From Camelus dromedarius (Eukaryota), in the NCBI RefSeq assembly GCF_036321535.1, contig NC_087436.1, positions 88,352,001-88,416,000 on the forward strand: a DNA stretch of 64,000 nt. The letters run 5' to 3'. Below the pieces are notes generated by a model that worked only from the letters and a program-made list of their open reading frames with translations, did not search any database and was not told where the DNA came from. Both the position numbers and the translations under genes were made by a program. Within the stretch, counting starts at the first letter, position 1. The number at the start of each line of letters is the position of its first letter. Positions 1-12,260 of the stretch are shown here, piece after piece.

Positions 1-1574
1 CTGCACTTGAGGACCATATTATATTTTGACCGGAGGGTGCTGCCCTGGATAGACACTGCCTGGAAGAGCTCCTGCCATCCCCGCACTCCGCTCCCACAGC
101 ATGCTGGGAGTGACACCTGGGACCACTAGAGAGAGCTCTGCCTCAGGAGAGTGAGGAGAATTTATCTGATGGCCAACAGCAGGGGGTTGTGTTGGAAGTT
201 CCGTGCTAGGTGCTGGGGCTCAGTCCGGGGCTGAGGGCGGATGAGGCAGAGGGAGGAAATAATAGATCTTTGCACTTTCGGTTTCCTTAAGTTTCCTTAT
301 TAAGTAGATTTATTTAAGTGGGGGCGGGTGAGTAAATTTAAAAATCTATTAGTACAGGTAGGTCTGTGGATATGTAAATATGGCAACTGAAGTTTGTGTT
401 ATACATCAAGGTGACTGTTTAGTTAAGATTCTTTGAATAAAACCATTGGTATGTGTATATTATAATATTATTTTCTGGCTTTTATTGTGAATCCTCAACT
501 TTTCTGTTTCATAGTAAATACAGCACAGGGTTCATTTTCTCCATCATATCTGGTGGTAGCTAACTTCAGGCCATTTAAGGAAGGACAGAAGTTAACTTTT
601 CTGTCCCACACTATTTCTTCTCTATCTACACCTGCAGCAGGCGCTCTGTCTCTGTTGCTACCAACACTTAATCAAAGTGCCCATAAAAAGAGTTTATATA
701 ATACACTAAGCTGTCCTTTTGAAAGTTTCTATTAGCCCCTAAGGACCGGAGTTGCATTATTATAGAAGGATGATTGAGAACTTTCTGTTCAAACAGAATA
801 CAAGAGTTCTACACTTTTTTTTTCCTGTTAAAGTTAACGATGCAGGAAACTATAAAGAGTAGAAAAACAGCTTGAGAATGAAGGCAATTTTGCAAATAGA
901 ATTGAATTCATTAACCACCTTCTTCTACAAAGAGAAATTTATTATTTACAGCCACTTGGCAATTTGATGAGTCACTCAGCTAGGTGCAAGGTGAAGGTAT
1001 ATAGCAGGTGCTAATTTCATGAAATCTTGCAGATAATTAAGAAGAAATCTCACAGAGGGCAATTTCTAGTACAGATCTGAAAACTTCAAAATGGAGAAAC
1101 TCAGCATTAGAAAAAGGGGAAGAAATTTCTTTTCAAAAAGAGAAAGATGTTAATTTTTACCTCTTGAAAGACCATAAGGACTGCCATCAGTTCTAGCAGA
1201 CTCCCTAATGACAACGCGTCCAGAGGTCATATTTTCTAATGGGCTTTGTTCCCACCATTGTTTAGAAGCCAAGAATAAGTTGAATTAAAGAAGCCTAGCT
1301 TGTTTTTGGTCATCATATTGTGTTTTCAATGTTATGAAATAACATGCAATGTTAGAAAAACAAGCACAGGAAAAGGGAGTTCCTTATAACGTCTTTATTT
1401 CTTTTGATTTAAATTATTCCTGGGGGAAAAGGGAACAGAAAAGGCAAAAATGTTTCTTCCATTTTACAAATACATGTAGTATACAATCTCCTTAATTTGG
1501 GATTAATTTGGCTGAGCACCTCTGAGTGGTGACCTCTGGAAGATGATGTGGAACATGCCTTGATTTCAGGGTTT

Positions 1575-3192
1575 TTGTTTTTGTTTTTTTAATTCTTTTC
1601 CATTGTGGTTTATTACAGGATATTGAATATAGTTCCCTGGGCTATACAGTAGGGCCTTGTTGTTTACCTATTTCATATATAGCAGTTTGTATCTCTTAAT
1701 CCCAAACTCCTAATTTATCCCTCCCCGGCCCACTTTCCCCTTTGGTAACCATAAGCTTTTTTCCCCTTGGTCTGTGAATCTGTTGCTGTTCTGTAAATTA
1801 GTTCATTTGTGTCATATTTTAGATTTCACATATAAGTGATATATGGTATTTATCTTTCTCTTTCTGACTTACTTAGTATGATAATATCTAGGTCCATCTA
1901 TGTTGCTGTAAATGGCATTATTTCATTCTTTTTTTATGACTCAGTAGTATTCCATTGTGTATATATACCAAATCTTCTTTATCTGTTCATCTGTTGATGA
2001 ACATTTAGATTGTTTTCATGTCTTGGATATTGTAACAGTGCTGCTATGAACATTGGGGTGCGTGTATCTTTTCAGATTATAGTTTTCTTTGGGATATATG
2101 CCCTGGAGTGGGATTGCTGGATCATATGGTAAGTCTAGTTTTAGTTATTTAAGGAATCTCCATACTGTTTTCCATAGTGGCTGCACCAATATACATTCCC
2201 ACCAACAGCATAGGAGGGTTCCCTTTTCTCCACACCCTCTCCAGCATTTGTTATTTGTAGACTTTTAAATGACGGCCACTCTAACTAGTGTGTTTGTACC
2301 TTACTGTAGTTTTGATTTGCATTTCTCTAATAATCAGCAATGTTGAGCATCTTTTCATGTGCCTATTGGCCATCTGTATGTCTTCTTTGGAGTAATACCT
2401 GTTTAGATCTTCTGTCAATTTTTTGATTCAGTTATTTGGGTTATTTTGTTATTGAGTTGTATGAACAGTTTATATATTTTGGAATTTAAGCCCTTATTGG
2501 TCACATCATTCACAAAAATTTTCTCACATTCCATAGGTTGTCTCTTTGTTTTGTTTATGGTTTCCTTTGCTGTGCAAAAGCTTGTAAGTTTAATTAGGTC
2601 CCATTTGTTTATTTTTGCTTTTATTTTTATTGCCTGTTTAGACTGTTGTAGGAGAACATTGCTAAAATTTATATCAGAGAATGTTTTGCCTAGGTTCTCT
2701 TTGGGAGTTTTATGGTGTCATGTCTTATATTTAAGTCTTTAAGCCATATTGAGTTTATTTTTGAGTATGGCGTGAGGGAGTGTTCTAATTTCATTGATTT
2801 ACATGCAGCTATCCAGCTTTCCCAACACCACCTGCTGAAGTGACTGTCTTTCCTGTGGCAAACTGGCTGCTGCGCTCTCCTCTCAGCCTTTGAAGCTCCC
2901 TTTCTGTCCTGGCTGAGCTCCCCACCAGTGAAGGGCTTCCCAGTGTAAGTGGACACACAGTTTTCACAGCTCCTTCCTAGGGGTGCAGGTACTGCCCAAT
3001 TCCTATTTTTTTTCTCTTTTGTCCTACCTGGTTATATGGTGATCTTTCATGCAATTTTGGTTTTATGAGATCTTCCGCCAGTGTTCATGTGGTATTCTGT
3101 GAGAATTATTCTACACGTTGATGTATTTTTGATATAGTTGTGAGAGGAGGTGAGCTCCACGACCTCCTAGCCCACCATCTTTATTTGGCCCC
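1575..3192 (-). mobile_element. L1 LINE, internally deleted (5'UTR start joined to ORF2 C-terminus/3'UTR)
   Basis: T-rich tail at 1572-1590. ORF2 remnant ...[31 protein letters not shown]... L1 5' terminus (aagatggtgggctaggaggtcgtggagctcacctcc on the minus strand) at ~3145-3182. Degenerate TSD. Confidence 0.85.
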
Positions 3193-3659
3193 TGATTTTA
3201 GTTTCTTATACAAGCAGTTGCAGCTATTCATAAGTCCCTAACACCAGGTTGTAACATACATCATAGTCTTTATTTTTCTAAACCAAATGTTATCAGCATT
3301 GAGCCCTCATCTGTTCGCCTGGCAGAAAATCAAATCTCAGTTACTAGTCAATCTTTTTTTCTCCCCTCCATGGAATCATACAAGAATCACAGGCTTCCAC
3401 TGTCCCAACTGCTTTGGGAAGAGGCCCATACTTGGTCCTTGGATGGGTGTTGATTTCATTCCCGTGGTTTCTTCTGTAGGTGCTAATTGCTGGCACTCCG
3501 GTGGGCAAGACAGTGGTGAACAAAGTAGATCTTTGCTTTGTGCATCTCTTGAGTTTTCTTGGAGGAGCTACCAATGCCCACCCTGAGTGCAGCACACGAA
3601 TGGGGTCCTGAGAGCTGCCATTCCAAGAACTAGATCTAATTTGAGTCTGGGGCAGGCCC

Positions 3660-3961
3660 TGTCTCAGCTTGGGTTCCCACCAAAACAGAGCTGCGATCAG
3701 CATTTTTATGTAAGCAGTATACTGAGAGTGACTGTCGGAAACAGGGGTACCCCAGACAATGGGGAGAGTAAAGCAGAGAAGGAGGAAAAGCCAATATGAG
3801 GGTGGGTTTTGCAGGTCAACGCTTTGGGCAACAGGGCTTTGATTTGGACAAAACCCTCTGAGCAGCATAGTAAGCATTTTCCAGGATTGTCTGCTCAAAA
3901 GACTGGAGGTGGAAAAATTAATATATACATCAGATATTGTCCACCACTTGTCCAGGGTTGC
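3660..3961 (-). mobile_element. Old ERVL-type LTR fragment (LTR16/LTR33-like), interrupted by the MLT1
   Basis: tgtctcagcttgggttccc...aaaacagag motif; the sequence resumes after 4375 (gttgcccttggaggagttaac). Family from memory only. Confidence 0.45.
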
Positions 3962-4324
3962 TGTATTAGTTTGCCTGGATTTTCATAAAAAATCTCAGAC
4001 TGGGAGGCTTAAACAACAGAAATTTATTTTCTCAGAGTGTTGGAGCCTGGAAGTCTAAGATCAAGGTGTTGGCAGGTCTGGTTTCTCTCGAGTTCTCTCT
4101 CCTTGGCTGGCACAAGGCCATCTTCTGGCTGTGTCCTCACCTGGCCTTTTTTCTGTGCACAGGTATTCCTGGTGTCTCTTCCTCTTTTTATATGGACATT
4201 AGTCCTACTGGATTAGGGTCCCACCCTTATGACCTCATTTAATCTTCATTATTTCCTTAAAGGCCCTAACTCAAATACAATCACATTGGGATTAGGTCTT
4301 AAAACTATGAATTTTGCAGAGATG

Positions 4325-4358
<34 letters not shown>

Positions 4359-4374
4359 AATTCAGTCCATAACA
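3962..4374 (-). mobile_element. MaLR solo LTR (MLT1A/B-like)
   Basis: TG...CA ends (tgtattagttt...ttcagtccataaca), internal ggcttaaacaacagaaatttattttctc motif, perfect 5-bp TSD GTTGC (3957-3961, 4375-4379). Confidence 0.88.
4328..4354. repeat. (GT)n microsatellite
   Basis: About 13 GT units seen directly. Confidence 0.95.
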
Positions 4375-4622
4375 GTTGCCCTTGGAGGAGTTAACTGGAC
4401 CATCAGGGTAGAGAGAAAATTCATTAGTGTAAAGTTACTGGAAATTCAGAGTTGGACGAATTCAGAGGTGAGAAGGAAGGAATATGAATTGGGATTTCAG
4501 ATGTTTCTGCTTTCACTTTTTCCGTTCTCAATTCAAAACTAGACCTTATCTTTCCATCTAAAACCAACCAGGTTAATAATTTTCAATAGGTTAGAAACAC
4601 AGCCAACCTTTACTGAGGCTGG

Positions 4623-4732
4623 TTTTTTTTTTTTTTCCTTTTTCTTCTTCAAGTGGAGGTACAGGCAATTGAACCAAGTACCTCAAGCATGCTAAGCACA
4701 TGTTCTACCAACTGAGCAATATCCCTACCCCC
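4623..4732 (-). mobile_element. tRNA-derived SINE (camelid vic-1-like)
   Basis: Minus strand ggggtagggatattgctcagttggtagaacatgtgcttagcatgcttgaggtacttggttcaattgcc shows A and B boxes; T-tail 4623-4650. Confidence 0.8.
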
Positions 4733-4779
4733 AGGCTATGTTTTCTAAAGACAACACGCTGGTCTTTCTTTCCTGGGAC

Positions 4780-5180
4780 AGGCTAGGTTGGGTGCTCACC
4801 AGACCTAGACAAGGATTTTAATGCAAATGGTTTAGCTTGGAGGGGATTCCAAAAGGCACTCCTAAGGAAAGAGATAAAGAAAGGAAAGAAGTGAATGAAG
4901 GGTGTATTAGTGAGCAGATTATCACTGAAGGCAATAGGCCCTCAATGCACTAGAACAGGCCTCAGAGTTGTCTTACTAAAGGGCAGGAATCTGGAGTATT
5001 TACCCTCCAGCCCACATCCATCATTGGCTGGTGGCAGCTCCCTGGGGATCCTCACTCTCCTGGCATTTTTTGCTTGTTTCCTGTAAGAGAAAGCTCTCAG
5101 GCACAAATTCCCTGAGGATGGCCTTGTGCATCTAATGACGAGGTAAATGTCAGGGGGATACATGAGGGACACTGATAGCT
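4780..5180 (-). mobile_element. Old ERVL-type LTR remnant (LTR16-like)
   Basis: agacaaggattttaatgcaaatggtttagcttggagg and catcattggctggtggcagctcctgggg motifs. Confidence 0.45.
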
Positions 5181-5729
5181 ACAACAGTGGGGTGAGGTGG
5201 GGAAAGGAGAGTAACAGCATGTAGTTTGAAAGAGGGATGAACTAAGTAATTAATACTATGAGCAGAACTGGCCCATAGGAAGTTTTATTTTTTTAAAAAA
5301 AAATCAATAAATATGTTGTGATATTAACAGTACCTATTTGAATCTGCCTGATTGTAGTTACTCTAAAAATAACACACAATTCAAATTTTATATTAATTCT
5401 CATGGTTCTTCTTTGTCAAGTTTAAATTAATGTAGTTTTAATATATATATTTTTTCCTTTCCATGACGTTTTCATTTCGCAGGCACAAGGTAATGTCGTA
5501 TGCCAGGGTCTAGAAACTTTAATGTCTACAGGACCTGGTGGGTAACATCAATGGATGAAGTGAACTGGGAGCAATAAAACAGATCACTGAAGAGAGGGTG
5601 GTGGACACTATGACAAATGTACAATGCTCTGTCTAGAGGGGGCAGCAGCTACGAGCCTCAGAATAGGAAGGTTGCTACAGACTTTCAGGAAAGCTGAAAA
5701 GCCTGCGTATGTGAAACTGCCTGGTTACC

Positions 5730-5940
5730 AGCATGGTAGTTAAAATCACAGCCTCTGGAGCCAGGTTTCCTGAATTTGAATCACAGCTCCACCAATTATT
5801 AACTGTGTAACCATGGGCAAGTTACTTACCTATTCTATGACGGTTGTACCTGTATCACAGGATTGTTGGGGGATTAAATGAATCATGTGCTTAGAACCAT
5901 ACTTAGCATTAAGTATTCAAAAATTGTAGGCTACTGTCAT
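5730..5940 (+). mobile_element. MIR SINE
   Basis: gcctctggagccagg...tgaatcacagctccacc...tgtgtaaccatgggcaagttactt core. Confidence 0.7.
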
Positions 5941-5959
5941 TATCAGCTGTTAATTAAAA

Positions 5960-8900
5960 TTTTAATTAAACTTTTAATTTTGAGATAATTAGAGATTCAA
6001 ATGCAGTTGTAAGAAAAAAATACAGAGATCTCATATTTCCTAGTTTCCCCCAATGGTAACATCTAACAAACTATAGTACAATATCACAGCCAGGCTCTTG
6101 ATACTGAAGCAGTTAAGACGTGCAACATTTCCACCTCCATAAGGATCCCTCATGTTCCCCTTTTATAGCTATACCCTCTTTGTTCTGCCCCACTTCCTTA
6201 TTCATACCTAGTAACCATGAGGTGGTTCTCCATTTCTATAATTTTGTTTCAAGAATGTTGTATAAATAGAGTCATGTAGTACGTAACCATTTTTATTGGC
6301 TTTTTTTTTCCCACTCAGTGTAATTCTCTGGAGATTTGCCCAGCTGTTGAGTGTATCAGTAGTTTTATTTTATTTTTTATTGCTGAGTAGTATTCTTTGG
6401 TATGATACGCTACAGTTTAACTACTCACACATTGAAGGACAATGGGTTTTTCCAGGTTTTGAATATTATGAAGAAAGCTCCTCTGAACTTTGGGTACAGG
6501 TTTTTGTGTGAACTTGTTTTCATTTCTCTGGGACAAATGCCTAAGTGCAATTTCTGGGTCATATGATAGTTAGGGATTTAATTTTTTAAGAAACTGCCAA
6601 ACCATTTTCCTGAGCAGCTGTACTATTTTATGTTTCCACCAGCAATGTAAGAGTGATCAAATTTCTCCACACCTTCACCTGCATTTGATGCTGTCACTGT
6701 CTTCTTTTAGTCATTCTCATGGTTGCATAGTGATACCTCACTGTGACTCAAACTGCATTTATTAAATATTAATCATCTTGAAGACCTTTTCACATGCTTA
6801 TTTTCTATTTGTACATACTCTGGCAAAATGTCTCTTCATGTCTTTTGCTCATTTTCTAATTGGATTGTTTGTTTACTGTTGGTTGTGAGAACTCTTTATA
6901 CAGTCTAAATGCTGGTCTCTGTCAGATATGCAGCTTGCAAATATTTATTTCCAGGCTGTAGCTTGTCTTTTCATCCTCGTAACAGGGTCTTTCAAAACTT
7001 TTTTCTATATATTTTCTATATATGTAAATATTTTATATATATATAAATATGTAAAATATGTATTTACAGAAGATAAAATTCCTCATTGTAAAGTATATAC
7101 TTCAGTGTTTTTTTTTATTATATTCACTATGTTGTACAACCATCACTACTACCTAATTCTACAATATTTCCATCTCTTCCAAAAGAAATCCCATACATAT
7201 TAGCAGTTTGTTCTAAATTTCCTCCCCATTGCCAGTTCTTGGCAACCAGTAATTTACTTTCCGTTTCCATGGATTTTTCTATGCTGGACATTTCATATAA
7301 ATGAAATGAATACAGCATGTGGCCTCTTGTGTCTGGCTTCTTTCACTCAGTGTAATGTTTTCAAGGTTTACCTGTGTTGTAGCACATATCAGTAATTCAT
7401 TCCCTTAATGATATAATAATATTCCATTGTATGGATGTAACACATTTTGTTTCTCCATTCACCAGCTGTTGGACATCTGGGTGGTTTCCACTTTATAGCT
7501 GGTTGAATAAAGGTGCTATGAACGTTTGTGGACGAGTATTTGCTTGAGTATTTGTTCTTAGTTCTTTTGGGTACATACCCAGAAGTGGAATTGCTGGATC
7601 GTATGGTAATTCTATGCTTAACTTTTTGAGGAACTGTAAAATATTTCCCACAGTGCAAAAATCCTTGGTTTTTGTTTTTCAGATATTGAACCAATGCATT
7701 CCTGTAATAAATCTTACTTGGTCATAGTGTATAATTCTTTTTCTATATTACTGAATTCTATTTGCTAATATTTTGTTAAGAACTTTGTGTCTAGGGATAT
7801 TAGTCTGTAGTTTGTTTTTCTCGTACTTTTCCTGGCTTTAACATAGGGTAATACTAGCTTCATAAAATGAATTGGAAAGTGTCCTTTCTTCTTTTATTTT
7901 CTATAGGAGATTGTGAAGAATTAAGATTCATTCTTTAAACATTTGTTAGAATTCTCCAGTGAAACTATCTGGGTCTGAAGATTTCTATTTGGAGACTTTA
8001 AAAAAAAATTACATTTTCAGTTCCTTAATACTAATAAGGCTTTTTTCATTTATTTATTTCATATTGGATGAATTGTGATAATTAGTACTTTTTAAGGAAT
8101 TGGTCTGTTTCATCTAAATTGTCAAATTTATGTGTTCAGAGTTGTTTGCAGTATTCCTTTATTACCTTTTTGATGTCTAAATGGTCTTTAATGATATTCC
8201 CCTGTTTATTCCTGACACTGATAACTTGGGTCTTTTTTTTTTTATCTTTGATAATCTTGCTAAATGTTTGACAATGTTATTAATCTTTCAAAGAACCAGC
8301 TCTTCTATTGATTTTCTGTATTGTTTTTCTGTTTTGAATTACATTGATTTCTGCTTTTATCTTTATTTCTTTCCATCTATTTGGATTTATTTTACTCTAT
8401 GTTCTGAGCAGTGGGAGATTAGATTTTTGATTTGAGACTTCCTCTTTTCTAATACATGCATTTACCATCATAAAGTTTTCTCTCAACACTATTTGGCTGT
8501 GTGTACAAATTTTGATATGCTGTTCCTTTAAAAAATTCCATTCAGAATTTTTTTTGTGTTCTCTTATGACTTCCCCTTTGATCTACGGTTTATTTACAAG
8601 TAAGTGGTTTATTTTCCAAATATTTGGGAGTTTTGCTGAAAATCTTCCTGTTACTGATTTTTGGTTTGATTTCATAGTGCTCTGAAAACACACTCTATGA
8701 TTTCAATTATTTTAAATTTGTTATGGTTTGTTTTAGGGCCCAGGATATGATTATCTTGGTATATGTTCCATGAACACTTGAGGGATATTTTTAGAATTCT
8801 ATTTCAGTTTAAAGACAGTGTTTTTGTGTGTATCTCTTTGCATAGCTTTTTTAGTGGTTGCTCTAGGTTTTATATCACATAAATATAACTGGTGTCATTT

Positions 8901-10390
8901 TACCAGTTTGAGGAAAGCACAGAAACTTTAGTTCCCTTTACATATTTTTACTCCCCCCCCCTTATAATTGTTCTAAATATTTTCTTTGCATACTTTTAGA
9001 ACTACTTGGACAATGTTACAATTTTTGCATCAACTCTCCATTATAATTTGAAAAAGCATTAGGAGAAGGAAAGTAATGGATTTATCAATATTTCCTTGCT
9101 TACTGTGTACCTTCTTCTTTCTTGATATACCACGATTTCTTCTTTTACTGATTCTTTTCTGTTTAGAGTTCTTCCTCTAGCCATTCTTTTAGAGTGGAAT
9201 GGCTGATGACAAATTATCTTAGTTTTCCTTTATCTGAGAATATCTTGATTTCCCTTCATTTTTTGAAGGATATTTTTGCTGGGTATAGGATTGTGAGCTG
9301 GCTGACAGTCATTTTATTTCAGCACTCAAAAACTGTCATGCCACTTCCTTGTGGATGGTTTCTGATAATAAACCCACTGTTATTTGAATAGGTAAGGAGT
9401 CATGGTTTTCTCATATTTTTAAAAGATTTTTTCTTTGTCTCTAGTTTTAAGAAGTTTGACTATGATGTGTCTTAGTGTGGGTTTCTTTGCCTTTACCCTC
9501 TATGAAGTTTGCTTAAGTTTTTGATGTGCAGGTTCATAGATTTTGCCAATGGAGCATGTTTTGCTATTATTTCTTGGAGTACTTTTTTGGCTCAGCCCTC
9601 TTTCTCCTCTCCTGAGGCTGATGACACAAATGGTAGATTTTTTGTTATAGTCCCACAGGACTGCTCATAGTGTTTTGTTTTACTTTTGTTTTTGTGGTTC
9701 AGACTGAGTAACTTCTATTGCTGTCAAGTTCACAAATTTTTTTCCTCTGTCCTATCCAGTCTGCTTGACGCCTATCCATGGAGTTTTAAAGTTTTAGTTA
9801 TTGCATTTTCAGTTCTAAAATATTTCCATTTGGTTCATTTTTCTATCTTCTATTTCTTTGGAGACTTTTGCTTTTTAATTTGTTTCAAGCATGTTTGTAA
9901 TTGCTCACTGACTCAGTTTTGTGATGGCTGCTTTAACATCTTTCTCACATAATTCTAACATCTCTGACATCTTGGTGTTGGCATCTATTAATTACCTTTT
10001 CTCATTCAGTTTGAGATCTTCTTGTTTCTTGGCGAGAAACTCTTTCTTAGAGAGTTATTTTCCATTGAAACCAGGACATTTGGGGTATCATGTTATGAAA
10101 TCCTGCCCTTTATTTAAGCCTTCTGTTTTTAACTGGCTTCTTTGGCAAGGGGAGCAGAGCCACCGTCTTCAACATTTATTATAAGAATTGTGGGTTAGAA
10201 ATTCAGGTTTCCCAAGCCCCCACTGATAATCAAGAGGACGTGGTCTCATTACTGCTGGGTGAGGTTGGGAGTTCTAGCTCCCCACCAGGCCTCCAATGAT
10301 ACCTCACTGGCTAGGAGGGATAAAAATATCTTGTTACTGTTCCCCATGTGGCTTCCAGTGACATCATGGACTAAAGATGTGTGTGGCCTC
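5960..10390 (-). mobile_element. Cluster of old, nested L1 fragments (L1MB/L1MC-type)
   Basis: T-rich antisense L1 3'UTR and ORF2 motifs (ggaattgctggatcgtatggtaattctatg; degenerate IKWKPPRCP...MEYY). A younger L1 3' end appears nested at ~7050-7660. Confidence 0.75.
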
Positions 10391-10731
10391 AATAACTAGT
10401 TTTGTAGTCCTGTTTGAACTTATTTTGCAAACTTATTTTGGTTTTAAATATGCATAAGATGATATAAACATAAATAATGCCTAACATGTGACTTATGATG
10501 GAAATCTCTTGTTTAGAAAGGTTTATACTTTACTCATACTTGAAAAACACTGACATAGGTAACTACATGGCCTGATACCCACATCATGAGTCCCTGGAGA
10601 TACTCATATTTCCCTCCAGGGTCCCACCTACATGAAAAGGTAGAAGGAGTTGGGCCCCTGCCACTATGGAACATCGTGCCCATCAGACAGTGACTTCTTA
10701 CACATAAGACAAAATAAACTCTTGTTAAGGG

Positions 10732-11255
10732 TTCTGTTAGTTTCCTATCACTGCTGAAACACGTTAACACAAACTTATAGACTCACAACAACACAAATGT
10801 CTTCTTTTATAGTTTTGGAGGCCAAGAAGTCCAAAATCAGTTTCAGTGGGCTAGAATCCAGGTGTCAGCAGGGCTAGTTCATTTTGGAGACCCTAGGGGA
10901 GAAACTGTTTCCTTACCTTTGCTATCTTCTAGAAGCTGCCTGTATTCCCTGGCTTGTGATCCCTTCTTTCATCTACAAAGCCAGTAGTGTAGCATCTTCA
11001 AGTCCCTCTCTTGCTCTCTGTCATCTGCTTCTCTCATCACATCTCTTCTTCTGACTCTGATCCTTTTGCCTCCCTAGTGAGACTCTCATGATTATACTGG
11101 GCTCACCTGGATAGTCCAGGATCCTCTCCTCATCTCAAGATTCTTCACTTAATCACATCTACAAAGTCCTATCTGCCATGTAAATTAACATATTTAAGAG
11201 TTCCAGGGATTTAAGATGTGAACATCTTTAAGGGGCCTTTATTCAGCCTATCACG
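10732..11255 (-). mobile_element. MaLR solo LTR (MLT1C/D-like)
   Basis: tagtttcctatcactgctg...ggaggccaagaagtcc...ggggcctttattcagcctatcac termini and body. Confidence 0.8.
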
Positions 11256-11355
11256 AGGGCATATCATTATTTGTAGCTAAATTCATTTTTAAATGACTGA
11301 CCTTCCCACCAGAACATAAGTCCCACCATTAGAGGGAGACTTACTGGGACTGTTT

Positions 11356-11484
11356 TTGTTGCTGTTGTTGGGGGAGGGGGAGGTAATTAGGCTTATTTAT
11401 TTATTTAATGGAGGTACTGGGGGCTGAAACCAGGACCTCGTGCATGGTAAGTGTGCGCTCTACCTCTGAGCTGTACCCTCCCCC
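11356..11484 (-). mobile_element. tRNA-derived SINE (camelid vic-1-like)
   Basis: Minus strand ggggagggtacagctcagaggtagagcgcacacttaccatgcacgaggtcctggtttcagcccccagtacctccat + (taaa)n tail; degenerate TSD ttactgggactgttt / ttgttgggattgttt. Confidence 0.85.
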
Positions 11485-12014
11485 TTGTTGGGATTGTTTA
11501 CCAATATTTTCTCAGCTTCCTGCTAATGCAGTGATAATCATGTTTTCACAATTGCCACTGTTGACAAGGAGGCAGCTTCATAAAGTTCTGGGCTAGAGTA
11601 TTTGGTAGAAGAAATAGCCCCAAGTAAAAGCCATCAGGCCAGAATACCCTTTCAGTCATACTAGTAATACTGAATATAACATTCTATGTGACATAGCTCA
11701 TTTAATTTCAACCTTCATAAACCATAAATTTGTTGATATATTGAACCCATTTGAAACAGTATTTGGATCCTAATCCAAAACATAAATTGGTCAAACCCAG
11801 ATGGTTTCTTTTCTTCACTCAATATGCTCCTCATCTTACTTTTTTATCTGTCTCTTCTTCTGAGCATAATCAGATTTTATCTCTGTGCCTTTTTTTTAAA
11901 CTGTAATTTAACACATTTTTACTTAGTCTTAAGTTAATATTAAAACATTATACAAGGAAGTTTTTTTTTTTTAAACCATGATCCATGATTCAAACTTTAT
12001 TTTCTCTGGCAGCT

Positions 12015-12260
12015 TTGCATGGTTAAGATTGCAAACTTTGGAGTCACACGGTTTTATATTCACATCCTGGCTGTGAGATGCTGGGCAAATTACTTAGACC
12101 TCTGCCTCAGTTCCCTCATCTGTAACATGAAAATAAGAACTGCATGCAGTTTTCTGTCAAAGCTATTGTACCTTATGCAGTTGTTGTGAGAATTAGATGA
12201 ATTAATCTAATGCACTTAAAACAGTCTGGCACATAAGAACCCCCTCAATAACTGTTCATA
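12015..12260 (+). mobile_element. MIR SINE
   Basis: gctgggcaaattactt...cctctgcctcagttccctcatctgtaacatg core. Confidence 0.75.

Noticed and set aside
968..980. AP-1-like TGAGTCA within palindromic TGAGTCACTCA
   Set aside because: Single motif 14 kb from the promoter with no further support from sequence alone.
3344..3898. 184-aa minus-strand ORF with a hydrophobic stretch
   Set aside because: Overlaps a decayed LTR remnant; no ATG start or family resemblance.
11408..11484. tRNA-like A/B-box sequences (also 4654-4732 and 39236-39309)
   Set aside because: SINE heads with tails, not functional tRNA genes.
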